From a virus (Duplodnaviria; Caudoviricetes), in IMG/VR virus record IMGVR_UViG_3300049020_000042, positions 1 to 53,968 of that record: DNA of 53,968 nucleotides, one strand, 5' to 3'. The translations under genes and the position numbers were made by a program. A model generated the notes under the pieces. The model did not search any database and was not told the origin of the DNA. It saw only the letters and a program-made list of their open reading frames with translations. The first letter of the stretch is position 1, and every line of letters begins with the position of its first letter. This document shows, piece by piece, positions 8,524 to 17,511 of this stretch.

Positions 8524-9552
8524 ATGATGGCAGAAAAACAATATCAATATTCCGAAATTTTCGGAAACACAATTCAGGGTGAAGGCCAATATACCGGTGT
8601 ACCAACCGTTTGGGTTCGCTTCTGGGGCTGTAACCTAAATTGCAACGGCTTCGGACAGACTGACCCCACCGACCCAAGCTCATGGATCTTGGATTATCAA
8701 ACGATTGATATTTCGTCCATCACCAAGATGGAAGATCTGCCAGTATTCAATCGCGGTTGTGATTCATCCTACAGCTGGTCGAAGAACTATGCTCACTTGG
8801 CCCACAAAGCCACTGCGGCCGAAATCTGCGATAAGCTGGAAGCGTTCATGAAGAACGAACACAATCCAGAAGGAAAGTTTCTCCACCCCAAGAGTAAGCA
8901 GTGGCAACACATGGCTTTTACTGGCGGTGAGCCCATGATGTCCCAAAATGCCATCGTGGACATCATGTTGGAATTCGCCAAGAGAAACAACGTCCCCAAG
9001 TATGTGACAGTTGAAACAAACGGCACCCAGAAAGCTCGTGACAAAATCAGTGACTACATCAGAGGTTACCCGGTAACTGATGATGCTCAAGTCGAATTGT
9101 TCAATCAAGATTTTGACTATGAGAAAAGCTTCTACATGGCTGGTAAGATTTGGATGAATTCAGAATCACTGATCGGTTTAACTCCTGAGCTGGAAGCTCT
9201 CAAGGGTGTTGAATGGTTCTGGTCAGTCAGTCCCAAGTTGTTCCTGAGTGGCGAAACATGGGAAGACGCAATCAAACCAGAAATCGTGGCATCATATAAA
9301 GAGCTCAGCAATGCTGGTCAACTCAAGTATGTGAGTGATGGTTCACAGCGTTCATGGGATGAAATCGAGAAAGCGACGGCATTGTTCCGTGAAGCTGGGG
9401 TGAACTGGAAAGTATGGGTGATGCCGGTCGGTGCCACTGTAGATGGTCAGAATTTGGTTGCAGCGAAGGTGACTGAAGAAGCGGTTGCTCGCGGTTATAA
9501 TGTTGCGGCAAGAGTTCACGCTTACATCTTCCAAAATATCATTGGCCGTTGA
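8524..9552 (+). CDS. queE: 7-carboxy-7-deazaguanine synthase (radical SAM)
   Basis: SEIFGNTIQGEG, RFWGCNLNC, GCDS, FTGGEP, VETNGT, SVSPKL and RVHAYIF. Confidence 0.93.
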   Translation: MMAEKQYQYSEIFGNTIQGEGQYTGVPTVWVRFWGCNLNCNGFGQTDPTDPSSWILDYQTIDISSITKMEDLPVFNRGCDSSYSWSKNYAHLAHKATAAEICDKLEAFMKNEHNPEGKFLHPKSKQWQHMAFTGGEPMMSQNAIVDIMLEFAKRNNVPKYVTVETNGTQKARDKISDYIRGYPVTDDAQVELFNQDFDYEKSFYMAGKIWMNSESLIGLTPELEALKGVEWFWSVSPKLFLSGETWEDAIKPEIVASYKELSNAGQLKYVSDGSQRSWDEIEKATALFREAGVNWKVWVMPVGATVDGQNLVAAKVTEEAVARGYNVAARVHAYIFQNIIGR

Positions 9553-9639
9553 TTTGTAAATCAATGTTCCCACTGTGAAATAACAGTGTAACCCTGGCTT
9601 CGTAATTTTTCTTCGACGACCACGTTCAAGGGCCCTAGA

Positions 9640-9828
9640 TTGAATTGGTCGAACAAAGTGATCATTCGAGTGCCTCATAAATTCTGCCAGAAAACACAAT
9701 ATTTTGATTGGTGGCGACTCTATCACACGTTGAAAGAGTTGAATCCTAACATTGTATATGGTGATGACATCATCATGGCATTCGATACCGAAATCGAAGC
9801 CGTGGAATTCAAATTGAAATATCTATGA
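9640..9828 (+). CDS. small protein, FExxxDxxxFKL-motif family
   Basis: Ends IMAFDTEIEAVEFKLKYL; start uncertain. Confidence 0.65.
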   Translation: MNWSNKVIIRVPHKFCQKTQYFDWWRLYHTLKELNPNIVYGDDIIMAFDTEIEAVEFKLKYL

Positions 9829-10109
9829 TTCATACCATCACAGACTCCAGATACTTAAAGTCACTGATCCATTTCAGATCGACCAATAACAAGATTTGGG
9901 TCGATCGGAGTGCTTATCATTTACAAGATGAAATCTTGTTGTGGGTGACGACTACTATCCCTGATGATTATCAGAGAATGTTTGCTTTTGGGTGTCAATC
10001 ATGGGAATTCAGCAGTCACGAAATTGCCATGGATTTCTATTTGCAATGTTTGCGTATATTCCATAAGAATGGCCTATTGGATCTTAGAAAGATGCGAATA
10101 TGCGGATAA
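9825..10109 (+). CDS. small protein, FExxxDxxxFKL-motif family
   Basis: WEFSSHEIAMDFYL; ATGA overlap. Confidence 0.65.
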   Translation: MIHTITDSRYLKSLIHFRSTNNKIWVDRSAYHLQDEILLWVTTTIPDDYQRMFAFGCQSWEFSSHEIAMDFYLQCLRIFHKNGLLDLRKMRICG

Positions 10110-10381
10110 AGGCAACAGTTGAGAACATGATTTTCGTCTCCAACTATCCCGGGAATTGGTTCACAGAACGATTTGTAACTAGTGATTCTATGTATGAATT
10201 CTTGGACGCAATTGAAATGATACCATCAGATATTGGTAAAGATTATCTGATGGGATACAACGGTAGAATCTGTGAGGGAACATTGCATGCGGTTAGTCCC
10301 TATGGTGAAGGTGTCTGGTTAGATTTTGAAACCAAGGGCGACATGATGCTGTTCGTGTTGAGTCATAGTGAACCCAGATAA
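10100..10381 (+). CDS. small protein, FExxxDxxxFKL-motif family
   Basis: VWLDFETKGDMMLFVL. Confidence 0.65.
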   Translation: MRIKATVENMIFVSNYPGNWFTERFVTSDSMYEFLDAIEMIPSDIGKDYLMGYNGRICEGTLHAVSPYGEGVWLDFETKGDMMLFVLSHSEPR

Positions 10382-10712
10382 CAGTATCGTCATCAGTTCC
10401 GAACATTTCAAGCTGAGTAGTTCAGTGTTGCGAATGCATTACGATAGAATAATTCCGCTAAAGGGTTTTATATCGAAATCAGGATCGTTTTGCTCAATGG
10501 ATGAATATCCGGCAAATCAAATCGTCATATCTATGGACCCCCAAGCCCAAGAAAGCCTACATGAAGAATTGATATCAGACCGGATTGTTGGTATCTTCTT
10601 GCAAGAGAACACCGGGATAGTGGTTGAATATGAGACCGAATCACAAGCATGTATGGCCGCATTGGAATTCAAGGAATATTTGAGAAATGAAAAAGAAACC
10701 AATCCTAAGTGA
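10368..10712 (+). CDS. small protein, divergent FExxxDxxxFKL-motif family
   Basis: IVVEYETESQACMAAL. Confidence 0.6.
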   Translation: MNPDNSIVISSEHFKLSSSVLRMHYDRIIPLKGFISKSGSFCSMDEYPANQIVISMDPQAQESLHEELISDRIVGIFLQENTGIVVEYETESQACMAALEFKEYLRNEKETNPK

Positions 10713-11073
10713 CAAACCACCCAGTCACGAATTTCTGAGTGTGGTTCGTGGTGGTGGAGGACCATCCATTGACTGTTCAATGTGTGGTCGAGTTCATTAT
10801 TCCATTGACTCGCCTTATTACGAGGAAGGTGAATTGGCTAGTTATCAGGAACTCAGAGCTGAAGATCCCGACGGATATATAGAAACAGAGGGTGAGTGCG
10901 TGCACTATTCAGCCATTCAAGGACAAACGGTCCCAGATGGTTGCCCCTGTAATGGATTGCGAAAGTATGAGGATTTCATGTGGTCACATCGTGATTTGTG
11001 GTGTTCGTACTTGATGGCAAGAAAGCTTTCTGCTCAAAAGGAAGCTGACTCGATTTTTATTCCCAACATATGA
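10687..11073 (+). CDS. hypothetical Zn-binding protein
   Basis: CSMCGRVH and CPC motifs. Confidence 0.65.
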   Translation: MKKKPILSDKPPSHEFLSVVRGGGGPSIDCSMCGRVHYSIDSPYYEEGELASYQELRAEDPDGYIETEGECVHYSAIQGQTVPDGCPCNGLRKYEDFMWSHRDLWCSYLMARKLSAQKEADSIFIPNI

Positions 11074-11504
11074 CACTTCGTATTGGCATCGTGGGTTATT
11101 CCACCACTGAGTTTGATGAAGAAAGAGCAAAGTTTATCCTAGATGCCGCGATAGCGTATGTTCGGATAGAACGAGACGTTGAACAAATTGAAATTGTCTC
11201 AGGACTGACCAACATCGGTATACCAAAATTGGCATACGAATTGGCTGAAAAGTATGGATACCCTACTCGTGGTATTGCTTGTTCCAAAGCTACCGATTAT
11301 GCCTGTTTCCCATGCGATCACGTACATATCGTTGGACAAGAGTGGGGCGAAGAAAGCACGATGTTTCTAACATCGATTGATTTCCTCATACGAATTGGTG
11401 GCGGAGTTCAATCACATGCCGAGACAGTAGAAGCTATCAGACTTGGGATTCCCATCCTGGAGTTTGATTTAGATGAAGAAGATGAAGGAAACACAGATGA
11501 CTAA
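11070..11504 (+). CDS. SLOG-superfamily nucleotide-binding protein
   Basis: RIGIVGYS, IVSGLTNIG, WGEES and IRIGGG motifs. Confidence 0.65.
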   Translation: MTLRIGIVGYSTTEFDEERAKFILDAAIAYVRIERDVEQIEIVSGLTNIGIPKLAYELAEKYGYPTRGIACSKATDYACFPCDHVHIVGQEWGEESTMFLTSIDFLIRIGGGVQSHAETVEAIRLGIPILEFDLDEEDEGNTDD

Positions 11505-12114
11505 GCCATGGATACCATTTAAATTGATGCCCGCCAGTTGGGGATTGAAGGGTATGAGCCGAGAGATTGCTCAAATTGAATATGAGTGCCAGGATTCGTA
11601 TGAGAAGCAAACGCGCATTGCCAAGGTAAAGTATGCTGATGATCTACCTAAACTGAAAAGAGTTCTCCTAGACATCGAAGCCAATCATGGCAAGATTGGC
11701 GATTACGAATACGACAAAGCCAGAGTTGATTTGGAATATGAAGCCAATTCCGAAGCTTTCAAGTTGGCAATGAACGAAGTTGAATTCCATCACGACAAGA
11801 TTTCAGAGAACGACAGAGACAAGAATGCGGCCACCATCAAGGGTGAACCATACGTAAAGGTTATCAATTCGTCCTTTGATCCTGGTAAGGGTGTTGATGG
11901 TGTCTATTTTGAACTTGATTGGAATCAAGCATGGATCGACTTGCTGCGAGAGAATGGATACGTGGGCGCCGTCGATGAACTCTTGGTGGATCAATGGTTT
12001 GAAGACGTGTGTAAATCGTCAGCCAACGAAAAGTTCAATAACGAGCCAGTTCCATTCAACAGTCGACGTGCCAACAGTCGACCAGTTGATGGCAAGAGAA
12101 CCGATTATTTCTAA
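11497..12114 (+). CDS. conserved jumbo-phage hypothetical protein
   Basis: GEPYVKV...YFELDWN...VDQWF block; start at ATG 11497 after GAAGGA. Confidence 0.7.
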   Translation: MTKPWIPFKLMPASWGLKGMSREIAQIEYECQDSYEKQTRIAKVKYADDLPKLKRVLLDIEANHGKIGDYEYDKARVDLEYEANSEAFKLAMNEVEFHHDKISENDRDKNAATIKGEPYVKVINSSFDPGKGVDGVYFELDWNQAWIDLLRENGYVGAVDELLVDQWFEDVCKSSANEKFNNEPVPFNSRRANSRPVDGKRTDYF

Positions 12115-12165
12115 ATTGCTCAATGAGTACGAGCCATTGTAAAATGGCTCCTTTAGGAGAAGATT

Positions 12166-13194
12166 TTGAGCAGATACATCGTCGTTGACACTTACAACCT
12201 GTTCTTCCGTTGTCTCCACAACGGAATGATGGGTGATGCATATTCAAAGGCTGGATTGAGCCTGCATATCGTTTTGCGTTCAATCAGAAAGCTGTGGCGA
12301 GAACTCAAGGCCGATCATGTGGTATTTGTTCTTGAAGGTGGTAGTTGGAGATACGACGTATATCCCGATTACAAGAAAAGCCGCCAAGTTGCAAAAGCGC
12401 TTGCATCCCCACAAGATCAAGAAGATCAACAGGTTTTCATAGAGACTCTGGGTGAGCTGGTTACTTTCCTGACCGAGAAGAGTAACTGCACGGTACTCAA
12501 AACCAAACGGGTTGAAGGGGATGATTTCATTGCTCGGTGGGTTCAAAACCACCCAGATGATGAACATGTGATTGTCAGCGGTGATACTGACTTCATCCAA
12601 TTGCTATCCGACAAGGTCTCGATCTATGATGGCGTCAGGGAAGTAATCATCAAGCCGGATGGTGTTTTCAATTCGGACGGCCAACCAATGGATTTTGGTC
12701 TTCGTAGTAACGGCCACCTTCGAGTAGGTAATGAACTTGATTTGCTTACAAGCGATTTCAAGATTGAACCAGAGTGGTGGAGATATGCAATGTTCCTGAA
12801 GTGTATCAGAGGCGATTCCGGTGACGGCATCTTTTCCGCATACCCAAAGGTTCGTGAGAACAAAATCAAAGCCGCTTGGAACGATCGCAAGGATCAGGGC
12901 TACGATTGGAACAATCTCATGCTGCAGAGCTTTACCTTGGGTAAGGGTGAAGATGCTGTCACGAAGGAAGTCAGGAAGGAATATGACTTCAATTTGTCCC
13001 TGATTGATCTTACCAAACAACCAGAAGACATCAAGGACTTGATGGACCAAGCTATCATCGAAGCTGTCACCAAGCCCAAGGTTAGTTCAGTTGGTATCCA
13101 CTTCATGCGCTTCTGTGACCAGAATGGATTGATTAACATCGGCAAAGAAGCAGCCGATCATGCCGTATATCTCAACGCACCGTACGTAAAATAA
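12166..13194 (+). CDS. rnh: T4 RNase H-like 5'-3' exonuclease
   Basis: VVDTYNLFFR, YPDYKKSR, EGDD, SGDTDFIQL and RGDSGDGI; AGGAGA RBS before TTG. Confidence 0.92.
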   Translation: MSRYIVVDTYNLFFRCLHNGMMGDAYSKAGLSLHIVLRSIRKLWRELKADHVVFVLEGGSWRYDVYPDYKKSRQVAKALASPQDQEDQQVFIETLGELVTFLTEKSNCTVLKTKRVEGDDFIARWVQNHPDDEHVIVSGDTDFIQLLSDKVSIYDGVREVIIKPDGVFNSDGQPMDFGLRSNGHLRVGNELDLLTSDFKIEPEWWRYAMFLKCIRGDSGDGIFSAYPKVRENKIKAAWNDRKDQGYDWNNLMLQSFTLGKGEDAVTKEVRKEYDFNLSLIDLTKQPEDIKDLMDQAIIEAVTKPKVSSVGIHFMRFCDQNGLINIGKEAADHAVYLNAPYVK

Positions 13195-13739
13195 TGGCAA
13201 TCGAAAACGAACGAAAATACATCCTTGATATCACCGCTCCGGTGAAATACATGAAGATGTTGAAACAACAACCTGGTGTTGTTTCATACAACATCGAGCA
13301 ATCATACTTGGATGATCGGGCTCGTATCAGGATGCGAGAAAACCAAGCCACAGGTGAGTCGGAATTCTTTTTCACTTACAAGGTGAAAACCCAAAACGGA
13401 TTGGTTGAAATCGAGAAGGAAATCGACGAACGGGAATGGAAGATGCTGAATCCATCCTGTAAGACCACCATCAGGAAGACTCGCGTCTGTGTTCCCGTTG
13501 GCGACTTGGTCTGGGAAGTTGATTTCTTCATCCACGATACCATTGAAGGGCCATATTTGGTTATGGCCGAGGTTGAACTGGCTGAAGATGCTGAACTCCC
13601 GGATTCAGAGCCAGCGTTCATCTCTGATTACAAATTGCATTTGGTCGAACGTGATGATCGTAGATTCGACAATGCAAAACTAGTCAGACCACTGACTATC
13701 AAAATACTCATTGAGAAAATGAAAAATGGCCAACTATAA
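13194..13739 (+). CDS. CYTH / triphosphate tunnel metalloenzyme
   Basis: IENERKY (ExExK), RIR, EIEKEI, KTR, WEVDFF and AEVEL. Confidence 0.85.
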   Translation: MAIENERKYILDITAPVKYMKMLKQQPGVVSYNIEQSYLDDRARIRMRENQATGESEFFFTYKVKTQNGLVEIEKEIDEREWKMLNPSCKTTIRKTRVCVPVGDLVWEVDFFIHDTIEGPYLVMAEVELAEDAELPDSEPAFISDYKLHLVERDDRRFDNAKLVRPLTIKILIEKMKNGQL

Positions 13740-14193
13740 TTTGAAGAAGATCACCGAGAATAGCTGGTTGGCAACAACGAACGGTTCTCCGTTGGCAGTA
13801 GTTCATCGCTCTGAGCTGGGTTTTGAATACATGACTCCCGAGTCCATTCAGAAATTCGATACCCTGACCGCCATCAAGGAATATCTGGGTGGTAATGTCC
13901 AAGAGCAGATGATCGAAGCCACCACTGGTCTTGATACCACTGCCACGGAAACAATTGATGGCTTCCCCGTCAAGCATACCGGGATTTCCGTGGAACAAGC
14001 TGGCGAACGCCCCGTTTACGTGCGTGGCAAGACGCAACACGTTGCGGGGTACTGGTGTATCAAATTCAGTAAAAGGTGGGTTCCCAGCTATTGTCCACTT
14101 CTCCGAACCGTTGAGCAGTACCAGAGCACTGGTCCGTTCAAGGATCGGATGGGAATGATGGCTGAGCTTGGAGTGCTGAATAGACAAGTATGA
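13726..14193 (+). CDS. conserved hypothetical protein
   Basis: AGYWCIKF..W..SYCP..GPFK motif; coupled ORF. Confidence 0.7.
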   Translation: MANYNLKKITENSWLATTNGSPLAVVHRSELGFEYMTPESIQKFDTLTAIKEYLGGNVQEQMIEATTGLDTTATETIDGFPVKHTGISVEQAGERPVYVRGKTQHVAGYWCIKFSKRWVPSYCPLLRTVEQYQSTGPFKDRMGMMAELGVLNRQV

Positions 14194-14411
14194 GCTACAG
14201 AATCCGACCACCAGAGTCCTGGCTTGTTCGGTTCTTCAACTCAAGAACGTTTGAAGTTTCGACTAGAGTATCCCTCCCCAAAGAGATCGACACCAGAGAA
14301 TTACCGTATCTTCGGATAATCGAAATCATTGACTCCCGGGATGCGTGGTTGGAATTTGATAATGAAGAGCAAGCGATGATGTTCAAACTGGAACATTTCG
14401 ATCGCTCATAA
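14190..14411 (+). CDS. small protein, FExxxDxxxFKL-motif family
   Basis: AWLEFDNEEQAMMFKLEHF. Confidence 0.7.
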   Translation: MSYRIRPPESWLVRFFNSRTFEVSTRVSLPKEIDTRELPYLRIIEIIDSRDAWLEFDNEEQAMMFKLEHFDRS

Positions 14412-14476
14412 ACTAATGGGTTAAATGAAAACCCCAGTGAGGTAAATACTCACCCGAAATTAACAAGGAATGAAAA

Positions 14477-14740
14477 ATGGAAGTGATTGTTTACTCAAAG
14501 ACCGTGTGCCCGTATTGCACACAAGCCAAGGCCTTTCTGAAGAAGAATGAGATTGAGTTCCAGGAAGTAAACCTGGATGATGATCTTGAAAGAGCTAAGT
14601 TCTATGAAAAGGTCGGCGCCGGTGTTCGTTCAGTACCCCAGATTTTCCTAGATGGTGAACGTATTGGTGGTTATACGGAATTGATGAAGTCTGATATTCT
14701 GGATCGCAAGCAAGCGACATCTTTTAACGAAGATTTCTAA
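14477..14740 (+). CDS. glutaredoxin
   Basis: CPYC, SVPQIF and IGGY; TAAATA at 14443. Confidence 0.95.
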   Translation: MEVIVYSKTVCPYCTQAKAFLKKNEIEFQEVNLDDDLERAKFYEKVGAGVRSVPQIFLDGERIGGYTELMKSDILDRKQATSFNEDF

Positions 14741-14763
14741 ATTCAGATATTATTGGCATTTGC

Positions 14764-14853
14764 GGTGCTACAATAGCGACAAGCCACAAAAGGCCCGATA
14801 AACTTCCCAAAAAATAATAAAGCGAAACACCCCTTGGGGTGTTTCGTTCATTT
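14764..14853 (+). ncRNA. candidate ~70-nt small RNA (extended -10 promoter to terminator)
   Basis: GGTGCTACAAT 14764-14774; no ORF; stem CGAAACACCCC/GGGGTGTTTCG 14823-14846. Confidence 0.35.
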
Positions 14854-14918
14854 GAGCGTTACGCCAGAAGCTGCATTTAGCATAAATATTTGACTAAATT
14901 GCAATTTCGAGGTATCCA

Positions 14919-15230
14919 ATGTCAAGACCCAAACCAGTAGTGATCCTGAATCATACTGACAACAAGACATATAAGAGTGAGCAGATCCTGGCCTCAGACG
15001 CCATCTATGCGGTGTTTTACGACAACAAACCCATCAATCTGCGTTCTCTCAATAGCTTGGTGAATTACCCAGGACCAAAATATAAGAAAGTCAGCTTCTC
15101 GAATCCAGGCCACGCTTTTAACCTAGCGGAAAAGTTGAACAAACTTTTCAAAACTGATAAGTTTGATGTGTACAAACTCACCGTAGGTGAGAAAGTCCTC
15201 GAATACACGGATAACGGTCAGGGCGAATAA
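14919..15230 (+). CDS. conserved jumbo-phage hypothetical protein
   Basis: MSRPKP...GPKYKKVSFSNPGHAFNLA; GAGGT RBS; TAAATA at 14883. Confidence 0.8.
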   Translation: MSRPKPVVILNHTDNKTYKSEQILASDAIYAVFYDNKPINLRSLNSLVNYPGPKYKKVSFSNPGHAFNLAEKLNKLFKTDKFDVYKLTVGEKVLEYTDNGQGE

Positions 15231-15250
15231 TCCTGTTCTACTTGGGTCAG

Positions 15251-15292
15251 TTGAACGCACTTTTCATAAATTGAGAGTGCGTTCAATTTTTT
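15251..15292 (+). terminator. intrinsic terminator
   Basis: TTGAACGCACT/AGTGCGTTCAA stem plus T6. Confidence 0.75.
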
Positions 15293-15322
15293 GGATATTC
15301 AACTTGGGCAAATGTAACAATT

Positions 15323-15745
15323 ATGAGTGTACATCATAAGATCGCCGCTCTCATCATAGAGCTGGCAGAAAAACAACAACATCCTCTTAGGACTCTGATC
15401 ACAGGTGAAACACCCAGTGATGCGTGTCATCAGATCTTCTCCAGCTATAGAGGGGGAGCTACTTCAGGAAAAGGCCTTCGTCTGTCAGATGTTGGTCTGC
15501 AACTCATGAAGACCTTCTTTAAGTGTTATGAGATACCACTGCCTGGAGGGTACAAGATCACCGCGCCGCACCTCATATATCTAGACAGAATCGCTGAGAT
15601 GCCATATTGGTTGAACCATCAATACATTTCAGTCTTCGACTCTGATCTCGCGATGATGCTCCGATTGATGGATGGCAACCTGCAAAGTCTAGTAGACTCC
15701 CGGTACCGTCTAGATACTTCTGACGATTCAGCTATTACTAGATAG
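15323..15745 (+). CDS. conserved hypothetical protein
   Basis: GLRLSDVG, YLDR...PYW; C-terminal VFDSDLAMMLRL resembles the repeated motif family. Confidence 0.7.
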   Translation: MSVHHKIAALIIELAEKQQHPLRTLITGETPSDACHQIFSSYRGGATSGKGLRLSDVGLQLMKTFFKCYEIPLPGGYKITAPHLIYLDRIAEMPYWLNHQYISVFDSDLAMMLRLMDGNLQSLVDSRYRLDTSDDSAITR

Positions 15746-15951
15746 AGCGAGTCAAGGCACTTTACGCCGCGGAATTGAAAGTGTTTGTTTTCTGCTATTC
15801 GCCAACTGGTAGTCATTGTTACAATTTTTTTTCACACTTTTCTGAACAATACGCCAAATTTCAGTTATAGTACACCCTGTGAGCAGATAGAGAGTTCAAC
15901 AAGCTGCTAACAACAAACCGCCCGTAATTGAAATATTCAAGGAGTGAATAC

Positions 15952-17094
15952 ATGTCGACTAAGAAGAATACCGCACGCATCGAAACTCTGGTCATGAAGC
16001 CCAGTGAAGTTTCCAAGGTCATCCAGCATTTTGCCTCCATGCAAAAGCAACGTTCCCTGTTCATCTGGGGTCCCCCAGGTATCTCGAAGTCCAGCGTGAT
16101 CGCACAAGTAGCCAAGGAACTGGGTTACGACTTCGTTGACGTCCGCCTGTCCCAAATGGACCCAACCGACCTGCGCGGTATTCCTCACCCTGTGAAGGAA
16201 ATCGACGAGAAGACCGGCAAGGAAGTTTCCGGCATGCGTTGGTCCGCTCCCCTGGTTCTCCCACGTGATCCCAAGGCTAAGGCATTCATCCTGCTTGATG
16301 AATTCAACTCGGCCGCCCCAAGCGTGCAAGCTGGTGCGTATCAGCTGATCCTGGACCGCAAGCTGGGCGAGTACACGGTTCCAGAAGGTTGCGTGATCAT
16401 CGCAGCTGGTAACCGTGAAAACGACAAGGGCATCACGTTCCGTATGCCCACTCCAATCGCAAACCGCTTCGTTCACATCGAAATGAAGCACGACTTCGAC
16501 GACTGGCAGCGTTGGGCTCTGAACGCGAACGTTGACCAATATGTGGTTGGTTTCCTGAGCGCTTTCAAGCACGAACTGTTCAACTTCGACGCAAACTCCG
16601 CAAGCCGTGGCTTCCAAACGCCCCGCACTTGGGAATTCGTTAGCGACATTCTGCCCGGCTCTGAAAAGCTTCCAGAACTGGTCCTGATGGGTCTGGTCGC
16701 TGGTTGTGTGGGTGATGCTGCTGCTGCCCAATTCATGGAATACCGCAAGAATGCTGCTGATCTGCCAGCAAGCTCGGACATCCTGAACGGCAAGGTTACC
16801 AAGCTGAAGCGCAACGACGTCAGCCTGTGCTACGCTCTGACGACCGCACTGTGCTACGAACTGCGTGACAACTACGTTGAAGTGGAACGCAACGGCAAGA
16901 AGGCCGCTGACCACGAAAACTGGCTCAAGCAAGCGAACAACTTCATCGGCTTCATGCTGGAAAACTTCAACCCCGAAGTTTGCATCATGGGCGCAAAGAC
17001 CGCGCTGAGCGTGTTCCGTCTGCGCTTTGAAGCCAAGAAGATGCCCAACTTCGACACTTTCACGAAGCAGTACAAAGACCTCATCATGAACTGA
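15952..17094 (+). CDS. MoxR-family AAA+ ATPase
   Basis: Walker A GPPGISKS, Walker B ILLDE, AAGN, NRF and TPRTW; AAGGAG RBS before ATG 15952. Confidence 0.92.
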   Translation: MSTKKNTARIETLVMKPSEVSKVIQHFASMQKQRSLFIWGPPGISKSSVIAQVAKELGYDFVDVRLSQMDPTDLRGIPHPVKEIDEKTGKEVSGMRWSAPLVLPRDPKAKAFILLDEFNSAAPSVQAGAYQLILDRKLGEYTVPEGCVIIAAGNRENDKGITFRMPTPIANRFVHIEMKHDFDDWQRWALNANVDQYVVGFLSAFKHELFNFDANSASRGFQTPRTWEFVSDILPGSEKLPELVLMGLVAGCVGDAAAAQFMEYRKNAADLPASSDILNGKVTKLKRNDVSLCYALTTALCYELRDNYVEVERNGKKAADHENWLKQANNFIGFMLENFNPEVCIMGAKTALSVFRLRFEAKKMPNFDTFTKQYKDLIMN

Positions 17095-17149
17095 TGAGGC
17101 GGTGGGGACAAGTTCCCCACCCCAAGTTTTGCACGGGCGGTCTCGTGCT

Positions 17150-17181
17150 AGGTGAGGCTGAGCAATTAGCCTCACCTTTTT
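17150..17181 (+). terminator. intrinsic terminator (third of three tandem hairpins)
   Basis: AGGTGAGGCT/AGCCTCACCT plus T-run. Confidence 0.75.
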
Positions 17182-17195
17182 ACCAAGGAAACTTT

Positions 17196-17363
17196 ATGAA
17201 GATCAAAGATTTAATCGAAATCCTCTCAACTCAAGATCCTGAACAAGAGATCGCAATTGTTGATAACGGCAGTATTCTGAAGTCTAGTTCTGTTGAGGCT
17301 ATGATTGAATACAATCAGGACAACGATACTGGTGAATATTTCATTCCCACAGAGGAATATTGA
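17196..17363 (+). CDS. small hypothetical protein
   Basis: MKIKDLIEILSTQDPEQEI, a common phage N-terminus; AAGGA RBS. Confidence 0.65.
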   Translation: MKIKDLIEILSTQDPEQEIAIVDNGSILKSSSVEAMIEYNQDNDTGEYFIPTEEY

Positions 17364-17511
17364 ATGACGCCCAAGCTGATCACAGAATACGGTGGTGGGC
17401 CACGGGTGTTCTTTCTGATTTGCTTTTCATAATCAAATATTTTTGTGCCATATCAACAATTGGCATCACCATGACTATATAATGGTTGTGTCTTAAACGA
17501 ACGAGGTATAC

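Noticed and set aside
17094-17195. N-terminal extension of ORF 17094-17363
   Set aside because: It crosses three hairpins and a terminator; ATG 17196 has the RBS.
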